Origin: a candidate division FCPU426 bacterium
GTDB lineage: Bacteria; Oederibacteriota; Muellerivitia; Muellerivitales; Muellerivitaceae
NCBI GenBank assembly: GCA_963738405.1
Contig: CAVTWJ010000001.1
Coordinates: forward strand, 96,001 to 160,000
Reading direction: 5' to 3'
DNA: 64,000 nucleotides
Part shown: piece after piece, positions 45,080 to 55,831 of the stretch
How the letters are laid out: each line of letters opens with the position of its first letter
Numbering within the stretch: the first letter of the stretch is position 1
Position numbers and translations under genes: made by a program
Notes under the pieces: model-generated
Databases searched by the model: none
What the model was told of the DNA's origin: nothing
Seen by the model: only the letters and a program-made list of their open reading frames with translations

Positions 45080-46988
45080 TTAAGACGAGGGAGCGCTTTC
45101 CAAGATCTGATGGGCCACGATGTTATTTGGATCGTCCGATAGAACCCGTTCCATGCAAAGTCTGGCTTCTGGATAGCGTTTGAGAATGTAATAAAATTGT
45201 CCCAAATTGTAATAAAACGCACTGAACTTTCCCCTGCTCCGGCGGATGGCCTCAAGGTAAAAGGCTTCCCCTGCTTGCGGGTGGCCAGTTAGGAAAAGGT
45301 AAACTCCCATCCGGGCCAGCCGGACGGGATAGATTTGTCGTTTGTAAAAGCCTTCAAGAAATGAATCCCAAGCCGATGGCGGCGATAATTTTAACAAAGT
45401 TGCTGCCTGACTCAGGATATTCTCCGGGACTCCTTCTGCTGCCATGAGACTCTGTGTCCCGGAAAGCAGTTATGGCAGGAGCGTATCCCCTGCGTAAATA
45501 AATTGCGGCTGTGCCATCAACGAAAACCGGCCTCCAGTTTTCTGTTTTTTGAAGGTCGGACACCCATTGATTGGGAAGAGTAAAGAATAAAATATCCACA
45601 TGGTATTGTTCTGCGAGGGAGAGAAGCCCCCCGGGTTGCCGTGAGGATAAATATTGAGAAAACAAACTTTCTCCGATTACTTCCAAGCGGCCGTCAATGA
45701 ATGCCTTTTGGGGCCCCTTCCAGTCCAACCAGTCACCACAACTTAACTCGCAGAGAATTGTTCTATCCAATCGGTTTCGTGACAGAAAATCTGTGGCGGC
45801 ATCGGGAAGTCTTTCTTGGTTGATTCCAAGGCCGAAAACCTCCTGCCGTTTGTCCGAATAGTAATAGGCATTGGTGAAAATTCTAACCCCGAGGCACAAA
45901 AGCAAGGCTGAGAGGGCCCAGGCAAGCGTAGGGCGCGTCAGAAAGCGCTCCTGATATTTGCGAAATTGGGGCCAGGGCAGGTCCTTCCAGCAGACGCCGA
46001 CTACTGGCAAGCAGGCGAGTAGAAAGAGCGGGATATTGCGAAGGGCCGTGGCGGATAAGTAAAAGAAAAATGACGCTAACAGGAATTCATGTGCCTTTCG
46101 ACGGTGTAAGGTTGCAAGAAAAAGGAACAAGAAGAAAAAACAAAAGCATTTATATCCCCAAAACGGATTCGAAAGTAAATCGTTGTTGGCGGGGTTCCAC
46201 GGCGACAGGAATTCCATAATGTTGTTTTTGAAAATATCCGTGTGGATGGTTTTTAGGATAACAAGGGGATGAAGGAAACCTCTAATTCCATAGGGGTTTA
46301 ATAGACAAGCGGCACCTGCCAATATTCCATTTGAGGTCAGTTTGTAATCGATTTTTCTTTTATGTATTAACTGGGAGATGAGAAAAATGCCTATCACGGC
46401 TAGCCCGATTGGGAAAATCCCTTCGGTATTGACCCAGATGAGTTGAAGAATCGGAAGTAACCAAAGTCGGTTTCTGTCTTCAATTACCCATGTTTCGAGA
46501 ACCCAAAGCATCATCCCCAACAGCGACCAACTGAGTATTTCTGGACGGATAATGAAGCGAAACTCACAGATCGAAATGGCCGCCGCCATTAAGGGCACTC
46601 CCATCCAAATGGGGCATCGTGTTTGCCTGAGCCGCCCCCAGGTGATGAAGAAAGCGGTTAAAATTAAAACGACGTTAAAAATAGAAAGAAGGGAGTAACT
46701 TCCCGCGAGGAAAACCAGGTGGAGAACGAAATCATAAAACCATTCGATGTCCAAGAATGGATGGTCAGGGACGGTATAGGTAAAGGTATCATTAGATGGG
46801 ATTTGATGATTTTGCAGAATCCATTGCCCGGTTTTCAAATGAAAACCCAGATCCGGATCCCAATTTTTACGACACGCCAGAAGCGCGAGTATTAGAAAAC
46901 ACGAAGCTAAGGTAAAAAACCAGGGCCGGGAAAAAGAAGCGTTCTGAATCGTGCGAAGGGGTGGATTGGAAAGCGTTGGGTACTGCAT
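45080..46988 (-). pseudogene. Polytopic membrane protein with C-terminal TPR, split by a frameshift
   Basis: DPDLGFHLKTG, RPE, WVNTEG.F, FIDGRLEV in 45354..46988; TPR tail continues in another frame (45080..45445); switch near 45450-45465. Confidence 0.7.
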
Positions 46989-47055
46989 GGGATAATTATA
47001 AACCCGATTTTAAGGATATGTGTTTTGAATGCCTCAGCTTAGGTCTTCGCCAAAT

Positions 47056-47643
47056 CTATTTACCGAACTGTAATTCCATTTGCTGCAGAATGTATATGAG
47101 TTCGTTATCCGTTGGAAGGTCATTCGGATTCTCCCCGATAATCTTATACCGAACTATTTTTTGGGGATCCAGAACGATGATGGCGGGATATGCGATGTCG
47201 TGAATCCCATGCCCTTTAATGTGCTGAGCCCCAAAGGCGGAAATCAGACTAAGGTGCGGATCGGAAAGGAGGGGAAAAGGAAACCGCCATTGGTGATTAA
47301 CGATTGAGGAATCTTCGAAGCTATCTGTGCTGATCGCCATGATTGCGGCATGCATTGGGAGGAATTGGGGGAAATCTTCTTTTAATTTAAAGAGCTGGTC
47401 CTTACAGGCGTTACACCAAAAGCCTCGGTACAAAACGATAACCGTGTACCAACCGGAAGGAACAACAGATAACTTGGTGATATTCCCGTTGTCGTCGATT
47501 AATGGAAAATCTTGCGCCTTGTCTCCAATTTGGAGCCCATTGGGATTAGACGCTGGGACAGGGACGGAACAGCTTTGGGTAAGCCAAACCATTGAAATCA
47601 GAATGAATAGAAAAAAACTTTGTCTTTTAATCGGATTATTCAA
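47056..47643 (-). CDS. AhpC/TSA peroxiredoxin-like lipoprotein
   Basis: Lipobox-like TQSC, IGDKAQDF.L, YRGFWCNAC, FPLLSDP. Confidence 0.85.
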   Translation of the reverse strand: MNNPIKRQSFFLFILISMVWLTQSCSVPVPASNPNGLQIGDKAQDFPLIDDNGNITKLSVVPSGWYTVIVLYRGFWCNACKDQLFKLKEDFPQFLPMHAAIMAISTDSFEDSSIVNHQWRFPFPLLSDPHLSLISAFGAQHIKGHGIHDIAYPAIIVLDPQKIVRYKIIGENPNDLPTDNELIYILQQMELQFGK

Positions 47644-47966
47644 AATTGATTTCCTGTTGAAAGGGTTTCAAAGCGATCCGCAGGGAGTCATGAGTTATTC
47701 ACAACAAATTATGGGTTTTGGCGTCACTTGAATAGGAATAAGATAAAGGTGCTAAAAAAGATTAAAACCTCTATGATTTAAATGAAATCAAAAACCCTTT
47801 GTTTTTAATGTTTTATATTGAAGATTGTCAGAACTGCTGTTTTTTTGTCGGAAGTTTAACCAAAAAAATGATTTAACGGGAAACTGGTAAATGGGGGTAT
47901 TGGAAATAAATACCACAAAATGTTGAAGTTATCGATAAACTGATAGCGCATGAAAACGTTTTTTTG

Positions 47967-47982
47967 GGGCATGAAAATTGCA
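47967..47982 (+). promoter_or_regulatory. Putative sigma54 (-24/-12) promoter
   Basis: GGGCATG-AAAA-TTGCA (GG-N10-GC) about 80 nt upstream of the expansin-like gene, below an AT-rich region. Confidence 0.55.
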
Positions 47983-48061
47983 CTTTTGAGACAAAGAAGG
48001 TAATTTTAATGATGATTTGGGCTTATAAATTGCGGATATGCGAAAGGCGATCGCAAAAACC

Positions 48062-51000
48062 ATGAAGAAAATCCAATTATCGCTCATCCTTTTTTTGACC
48101 GGTTTCTTTTTCGGCTTGTCCCCCCTTAAGTTGCTAGCCGTAACTTATAGCTATACTAATTATGTTCCCATTCCAACTTTAATGGCGACACCGCAATATT
48201 GTCCCAGTGATGCTGCGATTACCTACCAAGAAAACCAACCTACGACTTACCCCTTACCGACATGGGAAACCGCTTGCGGTTATGCCCAGGGGAGCTACGA
48301 TCCAAATAATTTTGCGGCCATTGATAGCGATAGTTTTGGGGATACGGCTGCAAAGAATGCGGTGGGAGGAGGACTTGGAGGCTTTCCTTGTGGAGCATGT
48401 GCAGCGTTGCATAATTCCAGCAATGGTGTTGGGGTGACGCTTGTTATTATCGATGAATGTCCCCAGGGCTCAGGGGGTGGTAATAATAATACATATAACT
48501 GTTGGGTTGGGTCTTATCACTTAGATATGTCTCAACAAGCCTATACGACCTTGGCGGGGGGAGGATCCTTCCCGTCGAATAATGCGGTTTCCAATTTGAC
48601 GGGTTCAACCGTAACGTGGCGTTTTGTTCAGTGTCCCAATAGTTTGTTAACACATAATAGCTCTTCTGGTGATATCTCCTACTATTGGCAAAACGGAGCA
48701 AAATCCACTTATAACCCGCTGATGTTTTTAGATTTTGCTTTCCCGCTTAAGTCGGTTTATTACAGCACCAGTTCTACAGGACCTTTTACGACTTCCCTTC
48801 CAAGGGATACTCCCAGTACGCAAAACTTTTGGGGAGGGAATAGCAATCCTACTTTTCCATCCGGCAACCTATATTTTCAGCTGAATAGTTACGAAACGAG
48901 CGTAGGTCCTGTAACTGTAAATGTTAATAATACTGGGGGCTATACTCCCCAGACCTCAGCAAATTCTGGAAATCCGGCTCCTGCGGTGTCCAACCAGCAG
49001 TTCCCAAATTGTATGACCGGTCCCACCTACACATTTACAAACACCCCAACAATTGGTTCACCCACGGCGACACCTACAAAAACACTGACTGTAACACCGA
49101 CTGCCACTAATACTGCGGTTGGTCCGCCCCCAGGTTGCCCCTATTACATTTATAACGGGGCTTCACCCCATGCCCTAGCCAATATAAAGGGTTGGTATTC
49201 GGCTAATGGCCCGGTTTCATCGCTTGTTGAAAATGCCACTGCGGCCCTGGATGGGGAATCGGTTGGGTTGGATTTTGGCGCTTCCGTGACCGCAAATGGT
49301 TATTACGCTGGTTTTGGTCTTAATTGGGCCAACTATTCTGGAGCCCCTGCTTCGCCTTACCAACCATTAGTGAACATTGGCAGTGGAAGTATTTATACGA
49401 CTTTGGTGTTCTATATTGAGAATCCAAACGCATCAGCAACTACCTTAATAGCCACGTTGGCGGATTATGAAGGCGGCGCCGCTTATTCATCTGTTCCCGT
49501 TACCTTTACGATTGGCGCAGGTTCCAATGTCGAGCAAATACCCTTGTCGAAATTTACCGCAAGCGGAGCAAGTTTCACGGCGGCGAATATAGGCGAACTT
49601 GATATACAAGAAACGAGCATGAGTGCTGCGGCTCAGTCGGTGTCCTTGTATTTCGGCGGATTCTCTTTCTATGGAACTTGTCCCACCTCTACGCCCACAT
49701 CCTCGCCAACGCCACTTTTTTCACCGACTCCTACTGGCACTCCCACGCCTATCCCCGGTTGTGAGTATCTTTTCTATAGCGGATCTTCTCCCCATGCTAT
49801 GGCCAATGGTTCGATTGGGACTTCGGTTCCGGCTGGTGGGACCGGAACAGTGGTTGAAAACACTACGGCTAAATTGAATGGTGAGACTAATGGCTTGGAC
49901 TTCCAGGCGGCTATTCCAGCGAGTGGATTTTATGCCGAAATGATGTTCAATTGGGCGGGTTACAACGCAGTACCCGTTTCGCCTCTCCAACCCCTTGTGA
50001 ATTTAAACAGCGGTCTTACCTATCTCGAGTTTTATATTGAAAATACTACCGCCGCCGATTCTCCCATGACTTGGAGCGTGGATTTGGCTGATTATGGTGG
50101 GGGTGGAGCTTCTGGCGTAACTGCTTCCGTTCCAGTGACTTTTGTCGTTACGGGGACAGGTGTCCAAAAAATTGATTTGCCCCTCTCCGATTTTGCGACA
50201 GGTGGAGCGAGTTATAGCGTTTCGCAAATTGGAGAAATAGATCTTGAATGGCATTCTTCGGCGGCAGCCCAAAACGCTACGGTTTATGTTGGCGGCATAG
50301 GGTTTTATGGAACGTGTCCGACTAATACACCAACCCCTACCGCGACATCCACAGCGACCCGCACATCAACACCAACACCAAGCCCTACTGCCACAGCCAC
50401 TGGAACACCGACGCCTTCCTTTACCGCAACGCCGACCAAAACGAGTACACCTACCGGAACACCAACCTCGTCACCCACCGCAACCCCTACTTCTACCGCC
50501 ACTGGAACGCCTACTCCTTCGTTTACGGGTACCCCCACCAAAACAAACTCTCCTACGGGGACTCCCACAACCTCTTCTACCAGCACCCCTACCGGAGCCT
50601 TTACGGCAACATCCACTCCCAGCTTTACAGTTACAAATACTAGAACATCAACCTCCACCAACACGGCGACGACAGTAGCTACATCCACCCCAACCTCTAC
50701 CCCAAGCCTTACTGGTACCAGCACTAAAACCTCAACCCCTTTGAATACGGCGACGAGCACGGCTACTGGTGCCTCCACTTCCACCTCTACACCCACTCCT
50801 CAATTTACTTTCACTGGAACTCCGATCTCGACTGCTACTGGAACTAGTACGAAAACCTCGACCCCGACTAGTACCGCTACCAGCGTTTCGACTTCTACGC
50901 CTACACCCATATTCACCGCGACTTCTACACGAACTTCAACCGCCATTCCCACCGCAACCTCAACACCTACCGGCACCAATACCCCAAGCTTAACATTTAC

Positions 51001-52384
51001 GGGAACCCCCACTAGAACCCCGACTAGCACCAGCACTAAGACTCCAACCCCCACGTCAACATGGACTTATACTTCCACGTTTACTTCAACCGACACAATC
51101 ACACAAACCCCCACCATTACCTCAACGCCAACGATCACTGATACGCCCCAACCGGGTGCCGTTACGATTATCTTTGCCCCTGGCCCGAGCCAACCCTCAA
51201 ATGCGACTACCTTGGCCGGTTCTACAAATGTGGCTGATCTTCAATTTGTCTTAACAAATACTGGTGCCACATCGGTGACCGTGACCAATTTAACCGTTAC
51301 CGATTCAGGTTCTGGAAATGTTTCAACCGGGGTCTCAAACATCACGTTCACCCAAAACGGGTCATCGTTGGGTAATGCCACCTTCTCAGGGAGTAACGCA
51401 ACCCTAGGGTTGGCGGATATTATTCCCGCGGGTGGAAGCGTAACGATCCTTGTCTCTTATAACTATACGAATTCTGCGGTTGGAAACTATATCGGGACCC
51501 TGACAGGCGCGACTGCCTCGAACGGAGTTCCGGCGGTTATTAATAATCTTCCGATTACAGGGGCTACTATTACCGTACTACAGCCGACGAACACACCTAC
51601 GAACACCTCTACTCCCACGGCAACATCGACGGTTACTAATACGCCTAGCTTTACTGCAACGCCGACCTCCACCTCTACTTCCAGCTATACCAATACTCCT
51701 GCCAATACGGCCACAGCTACCTTTACGGGAGTATTTACTAGCACTGTGACCAAAACACCAACCGCAACGCTTACCGCTTCATCTACGGGTACTCCTACAT
51801 CCTCTAACACAGCTACCAACACGCCGACCATCACGTCCACTCCCCAGTTCAGCTATACGCCTTCTTATTCGCCGACGGCCACCAACACTCCGGTCTTTAC
51901 GGCCACATCCACATGGACTGGGACCTCTACGGCTACAGGAACATCTACCTCCAGCCCCACTCACACCACTTCACCTACCTTTACCTTCACACCAACCATA
52001 ACCAACACCCCGACTTTGACGGGAACCTCCACCTTTACGCCTTCTCCTACTACTTCCCCTACTCCTACGGCCTCTTTTACACCGACCCCCATTCTTATAC
52101 CTGTGGTTCTAAATCCTTTCCCGAATCCAACTACTGGTCAACCCATTGAATTGGATGTCGCACTTCCGGGCGCCTCGACCGTGAGATATACGGTTTACAC
52201 CCTAGCCTTCCGAAAAATCGCTTGGGGAGGACCTTCGGGCCAAGTTTCGAACTCTGTGGCCTTAAAATGGAATCTTCAGGACAATTACGGGTTCAAGGTG
52301 GCTGACGGACTCTACTATGTCAGGGTCGAAATCATAGGCCCGCAAAATGCCACGAAGATATTTAAAGTGATAGTTCTGCGCTAA
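48062..52384 (+). CDS. Large secreted expansin-like (DPBB) protein with two repeated carbohydrate-binding-like domains, Thr/Pro-rich linkers and a C-terminal sorting-like domain
   Basis: Signal peptide; TACGY, FAAID, CGAC, IIDECP, HLDMSQQAY, VTWRFVQCP; two GC..Y.G.SPHA.AN...YGTCPT repeats; PFPNP...VADGLYYV tail (alternative start 48038). Confidence 0.85.
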   Translation: MKKIQLSLILFLTGFFFGLSPLKLLAVTYSYTNYVPIPTLMATPQYCPSDAAITYQENQPTTYPLPTWETACGYAQGSYDPNNFAAIDSDSFGDTAAKNAVGGGLGGFPCGACAALHNSSNGVGVTLVIIDECPQGSGGGNNNTYNCWVGSYHLDMSQQAYTTLAGGGSFPSNNAVSNLTGSTVTWRFVQCPNSLLTHNSSSGDISYYWQNGAKSTYNPLMFLDFAFPLKSVYYSTSSTGPFTTSLPRDTPSTQNFWGGNSNPTFPSGNLYFQLNSYETSVGPVTVNVNNTGGYTPQTSANSGNPAPAVSNQQFPNCMTGPTYTFTNTPTIGSPTATPTKTLTVTPTATNTAVGPPPGCPYYIYNGASPHALANIKGWYSANGPVSSLVENATAALDGESVGLDFGASVTANGYYAGFGLNWANYSGAPASPYQPLVNIGSGSIYTTLVFYIENPNASATTLIATLADYEGGAAYSSVPVTFTIGAGSNVEQIPLSKFTASGASFTAANIGELDIQETSMSAAAQSVSLYFGGFSFYGTCPTSTPTSSPTPLFSPTPTGTPTPIPGCEYLFYSGSSPHAMANGSIGTSVPAGGTGTVVENTTAKLNGETNGLDFQAAIPASGFYAEMMFNWAGYNAVPVSPLQPLVNLNSGLTYLEFYIENTTAADSPMTWSVDLADYGGGGASGVTASVPVTFVVTGTGVQKIDLPLSDFATGGASYSVSQIGEIDLEWHSSAAAQNATVYVGGIGFYGTCPTNTPTPTATSTATRTSTPTPSPTATATGTPTPSFTATPTKTSTPTGTPTSSPTATPTSTATGTPTPSFTGTPTKTNSPTGTPTTSSTSTPTGAFTATSTPSFTVTNTRTSTSTNTATTVATSTPTSTPSLTGTSTKTSTPLNTATSTATGASTSTSTPTPQFTFTGTPISTATGTSTKTSTPTSTATSVSTSTPTPIFTATSTRTSTAIPTATSTPTGTNTPSLTFTGTPTRTPTSTSTKTPTPTSTWTYTSTFTSTDTITQTPTITSTPTITDTPQPGAVTIIFAPGPSQPSNATTLAGSTNVADLQFVLTNTGATSVTVTNLTVTDSGSGNVSTGVSNITFTQNGSSLGNATFSGSNATLGLADIIPAGGSVTILVSYNYTNSAVGNYIGTLTGATASNGVPAVINNLPITGATITVLQPTNTPTNTSTPTATSTVTNTPSFTATPTSTSTSSYTNTPANTATATFTGVFTSTVTKTPTATLTASSTGTPTSSNTATNTPTITSTPQFSYTPSYSPTATNTPVFTATSTWTGTSTATGTSTSSPTHTTSPTFTFTPTITNTPTLTGTSTFTPSPTTSPTPTASFTPTPILIPVVLNPFPNPTTGQPIELDVALPGASTVRYTVYTLAFRKIAWGGPSGQVSNSVALKWNLQDNYGFKVADGLYYVRVEIIGPQNATKIFKVIVLR

Positions 52385-52417
52385 TTGAAATAAGAAAATC
52401 TCGAAATCATTTTTTAA

Positions 52418-52448
52418 AAGAGCGCTCCTTAGCTGGGGCGCTTTTTTT
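52418..52448 (+). terminator. Intrinsic terminator
   Basis: AGAGCGCTCC...GGGGCGCTTT stem followed by T-run. Confidence 0.75.
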
Positions 52449-52567
52449 GTTTTGAAGCGCACCGTGAATCTTCGGAGAGTAAGGTTTCCATGATTTTGCT
52501 CCGGCTTTAATTCTTGAGAACAAGCATCTCCGGCAATTGGCACTAGCGACAGGCTATAATGGTTTAT

Positions 52568-53563
52568 ATGAAAAAAAAACTACCTGTTCGAATGGGTGTC
52601 ATTGGATTGGGTCAAATAGCCCTCAAGGCCCATCTACCGGGTTATTCCAAAACCCAAAATTGTGTTCTTGCTGCCGTCTACTCAAAAAGGATCGACCATG
52701 CCCGTGAAGTGGCGGTCCAATACGGCATTCCTCAAATTTTTACCAATTGGAAAAGAATGCTTGAGTCAAAAGAATTAGATGCGGTTTCCATCTGCACCCC
52801 TAATTTCACTCATATGCCCATTGCCATAACGGCTCTCGCCAATGGAAAACATGTATTGGTTGAAAAACCAATGGCTTTGAATCGTCTGGAGTGCCGAAGA
52901 ATGGTGATAGAGGCAACGCGAAACAAACGAGTTCTAATGGTTCATCACAACATGCGATTTGACCCGGCGGTTCGGACCGCAAAAAAAATTTTGGACCGGG
53001 GGGCCATTGGAAAGGTAGTGGCTTTTAAAACAAACTTAACGCATCGGGGCCCAAGGGCTTGGAGCCGAAACGCGGATTGGTTTTTTGACCAACCTAAATC
53101 GGGAGGGGGCGCTCTGATGGATCTTGGATCGCATCCCTTTGACACCCTTCGGTTTCTTCTGGGAAAAGAGGGTATCGTAAAGGGAACTTTGGCTACTCCC
53201 AGCCAAAAAAGAAACCCGAAATCCCCAGAATTTCATTGTTCCTGCTTGGTCGAGTTTACAGGCGGTATTATCGGAAGTGTGACCGTGGGGTGGTTAGATG
53301 CTGTTTATCACAACCACTTTATCTTTTATGGTTCCAAAGGAACCTTGGCCATCAATCTCTCCAAAGGGGATTCCATTACCCTTTCACGATTGGACAAAAG
53401 AGGCGTAGTTCATCCTGGGATCGAACCACAAAGTTTTTCCCCAACGATTTATGAACAGTTTGTGCAGTGCATTCAACAAGAAGTCGAAGCCATACCTTCT
53501 GGAAAAGACGGGCTGGAGGTACTTCGGATGATTGAGGAGGGATACCGTTTTTTACGCGGGTAA
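52568..53563 (+). CDS. Gfo/Idh/MocA oxidoreductase
   Basis: GVIGLGQIA, DAVSICTPNFTH, HVLVEKPMA, GGGALMDLGSH. Confidence 0.92.
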   Translation: MKKKLPVRMGVIGLGQIALKAHLPGYSKTQNCVLAAVYSKRIDHAREVAVQYGIPQIFTNWKRMLESKELDAVSICTPNFTHMPIAITALANGKHVLVEKPMALNRLECRRMVIEATRNKRVLMVHHNMRFDPAVRTAKKILDRGAIGKVVAFKTNLTHRGPRAWSRNADWFFDQPKSGGGALMDLGSHPFDTLRFLLGKEGIVKGTLATPSQKRNPKSPEFHCSCLVEFTGGIIGSVTVGWLDAVYHNHFIFYGSKGTLAINLSKGDSITLSRLDKRGVVHPGIEPQSFSPTIYEQFVQCIQQEVEAIPSGKDGLEVLRMIEEGYRFLRG

Positions 53564-54956
53564 TGGTTCAAATCTAAGGCGTTTCTTGCTGATTGAGGTT
53601 GTTTTAATCATTCCGCTTTGTTCTGTGAAACTGTTTGCCGCCCCCATTGATTTAAACCCAACTAAAAATATTGATTTGGAGGCGATTGCCTCCCAAAAGA
53701 GCCAAGAAGAAATAGCCCGGGAAGCCGATGAAATTCTTCGCGAATTAGCATCTATCAAGGGTATTTCCGTTAAGAAAAAAGTGAAAGTGGCTTTTGTCGA
53801 AAGAGAATATTTAGGACGCTATTACCTTAGTCACCTTCAAGCCCAATACCCTCCCCAGGAAAAAGAGGCTTACGAGACGGCTTTCCAGGCATTAGGGCTA
53901 ATGGGAAAAGGGGAGGATCTTTTTTCGAGTTACTTAAGCGTATTTCTTTCGGTTGTAAGGGGACTTTACGACCCTGAATCCAAAACCTTGTATTTGCTTA
54001 AGGACGCCTCATCGGATGATCAGGAAAGGGTATTAGCCCATGAATTGGTTCATGCTCTCCAAGACCAACAATTTGACTTAAAGGCCTTTCTCGAGAGCAA
54101 CCGAGGTTTGACCCTGGATGAACAATTTGCACGGATGAGCCTGATTGAGGGTGAGGCCGAGGGCCTTTCTCTTGATTTGCGTTTGAGAGGGGATGGGAAA
54201 GATTTCACTCGGATGGCTGATATCGCTCCTTGGATTGAACAAGAAAATGCGTATGTAAAGGAGGGGTTAAAGGCATTTGGCAAAAGCGATTTTTCTTCGG
54301 ACGCTATCAATTTTCCGTATGTTTATGGAGTTACCTTTTTTCAACGTTGGGTTCGTCAAAATGGTTGGAAAAGTGTTGGGGGTATTTATCTTCATCCGCC
54401 TCGCACAACGCAGCAAATTATGAATACGGCGAGTTATTTTCCGAATCCACTCGCCTTTGCGCGTGTAAATCTTTCTGACCTTTCTGGGAATCCCCTTCGA
54501 AATTATCGCCTAATTTGGAAAAACTCCTTGGGGGAATATGGGTGGGAAACAGTCCTCTTAAATTATTTGGGGGATGAGGAGTCGGTTAAGGCCGTTGCGG
54601 GCTGGGAAGGGGACGGAGTTCAGATCTACAGCGAAAACGGTACTTCTTCGTGGCTTTTAACAGCCTTTCTTGTCTTCCGGGACGAGAAATCGTCTAAACT
54701 TTTTTTTAACGCCGCCAAGAGTTGTTGGACAAAAAAGATGAAAATACAAAGCTGGATCCGATCTGACGACACCATCAATTGGGCAACTTTGGCCGATTCT
54801 AAGGAAGCCTATCTGGAAAGATACGGAAGAAGGGTTGTTTGGCTGGAAGAAATTCCTGAAGGGTTTACTCCCCCCATCAGGTCCTCCTTATGGGATTTTC
54901 AGCGACTCAACAAGACGCCTAATTCCCGGGGTCAAACTTGCCTTGGCAGTCCTTGA
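53532..54956 (+). CDS. Secreted putative zinc metallopeptidase (HExxH)
   Basis: GLYDPESK, VLAHELVHALQDQ, LIEGEA, FPYVYG; start uncertain. Confidence 0.75.
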   Translation: MRRDTVFYAGNGSNLRRFLLIEVVLIIPLCSVKLFAAPIDLNPTKNIDLEAIASQKSQEEIAREADEILRELASIKGISVKKKVKVAFVEREYLGRYYLSHLQAQYPPQEKEAYETAFQALGLMGKGEDLFSSYLSVFLSVVRGLYDPESKTLYLLKDASSDDQERVLAHELVHALQDQQFDLKAFLESNRGLTLDEQFARMSLIEGEAEGLSLDLRLRGDGKDFTRMADIAPWIEQENAYVKEGLKAFGKSDFSSDAINFPYVYGVTFFQRWVRQNGWKSVGGIYLHPPRTTQQIMNTASYFPNPLAFARVNLSDLSGNPLRNYRLIWKNSLGEYGWETVLLNYLGDEESVKAVAGWEGDGVQIYSENGTSSWLLTAFLVFRDEKSSKLFFNAAKSCWTKKMKIQSWIRSDDTINWATLADSKEAYLERYGRRVVWLEEIPEGFTPPIRSSLWDFQRLNKTPNSRGQTCLGSP

Positions 54957-54981
54957 CAGTGCCAGATATGGTTCCTAAACT
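54953..54981 (+). promoter_or_regulatory. Sigma70 promoter of trxA
   Basis: TTGACA-17 bp-TAAACT. Confidence 0.7.
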
Positions 54982-55041
54982 TACTTTCTCGCTAACAAGG
55001 GCTTAAGAACACGCCCTAAAGACGCAAATCTGGAGGAGAAA

Positions 55042-55368
55042 ATGGGCGCTTCTGTTCATACTACTGATGGAAATTTCAAAAAGGATGTCTTGGATTCCAA
55101 GGAACCCGTTTTAGTCGATTTTTGGGCTGAATGGTGCGGTCCCTGCCGTATGGTAGCCCCGGTTTTGGATGAACTGGCTAAAGAATATGAGGGTAAAATC
55201 AAGATTGCTAAGGTAAATGTGGATGAAAATCAGCAGGTTTCAATGGATTACCATATTCGAAGCATTCCAACCCTTTTGTTTTTTAAAAATGGCCAGATGG
55301 TTAAGCAATTAGTGGGAGCCCATCCTAAATCGAAATTGATTACGGAAATCCAAGAAGTTTTGGGTTAA
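55042..55368 (+). CDS. trxA: Thioredoxin
   Basis: [20 protein letters not shown]. Confidence 0.97.
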   Translation: MGASVHTTDGNFKKDVLDSKEPVLVDFWAEWCGPCRMVAPVLDELAKEYEGKIKIAKVNVDENQQVSMDYHIRSIPTLLFFKNGQMVKQLVGAHPKSKLITEIQEVLG

Positions 55369-55381
55369 GGTTTTTCGATTC

Positions 55382-55831
55382 TTGTTAATGATCGAGAGGT
55401 GTTTTTTGCTATTCATAAAAAATATTTTGTTTTTGTTGATTCTGCTCATTCCATCCCTTTCGGTCAGTCAAGTAATTGTCACAACGGATCAGAGTTTTCA
55501 AAAGGATGTCCTTGATTCGAAGGTTCCTGTTTTAATGGATTTTTGGGCGACTTGGTGCGGGCCTTGCCGGATGTACGGGCCGGTGGTGGACCAAATTTCT
55601 AAACAATACGGTAAAAAACTGAAGGTGTGTCGGGTGAATGTGGATGACAATCCATCGTTAAGCCAGCAGTTCAAAATCCAGGCTATTCCAGCTTCATTTG
55701 TTGTTGAAAAAGGCAATATTGTTGATTCTTGGGTTGGGGTTGTGCCTCTCTCGGTGGTTCAGGAAAGATTAAAGCCCTTTCTCAAAGTATCTGCGCCAAA
55801 GAGTCAAATAACAACTCCTACTCAACCGTAA
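55382..55831 (+). CDS. Thioredoxin paralog with N-terminal signal/TM
   Basis: Hydrophobic N-terminus then MDFWATWCGPCRM; start uncertain. Confidence 0.85.
   Translation: MLMIERCFLLFIKNILFLLILLIPSLSVSQVIVTTDQSFQKDVLDSKVPVLMDFWATWCGPCRMYGPVVDQISKQYGKKLKVCRVNVDDNPSLSQQFKIQAIPASFVVEKGNIVDSWVGVVPLSVVQERLKPFLKVSAPKSQITTPTQP

Noticed and set aside
47695..47703. DnaA box / oriC
   Set aside because: Single TTATTCACA, no cluster and no dnaA-region genes
50305..52090. DNA tandem repeat array in the Thr-rich region
   Set aside because: Low complexity at protein level with diverse codons; no exact DNA repeat unit
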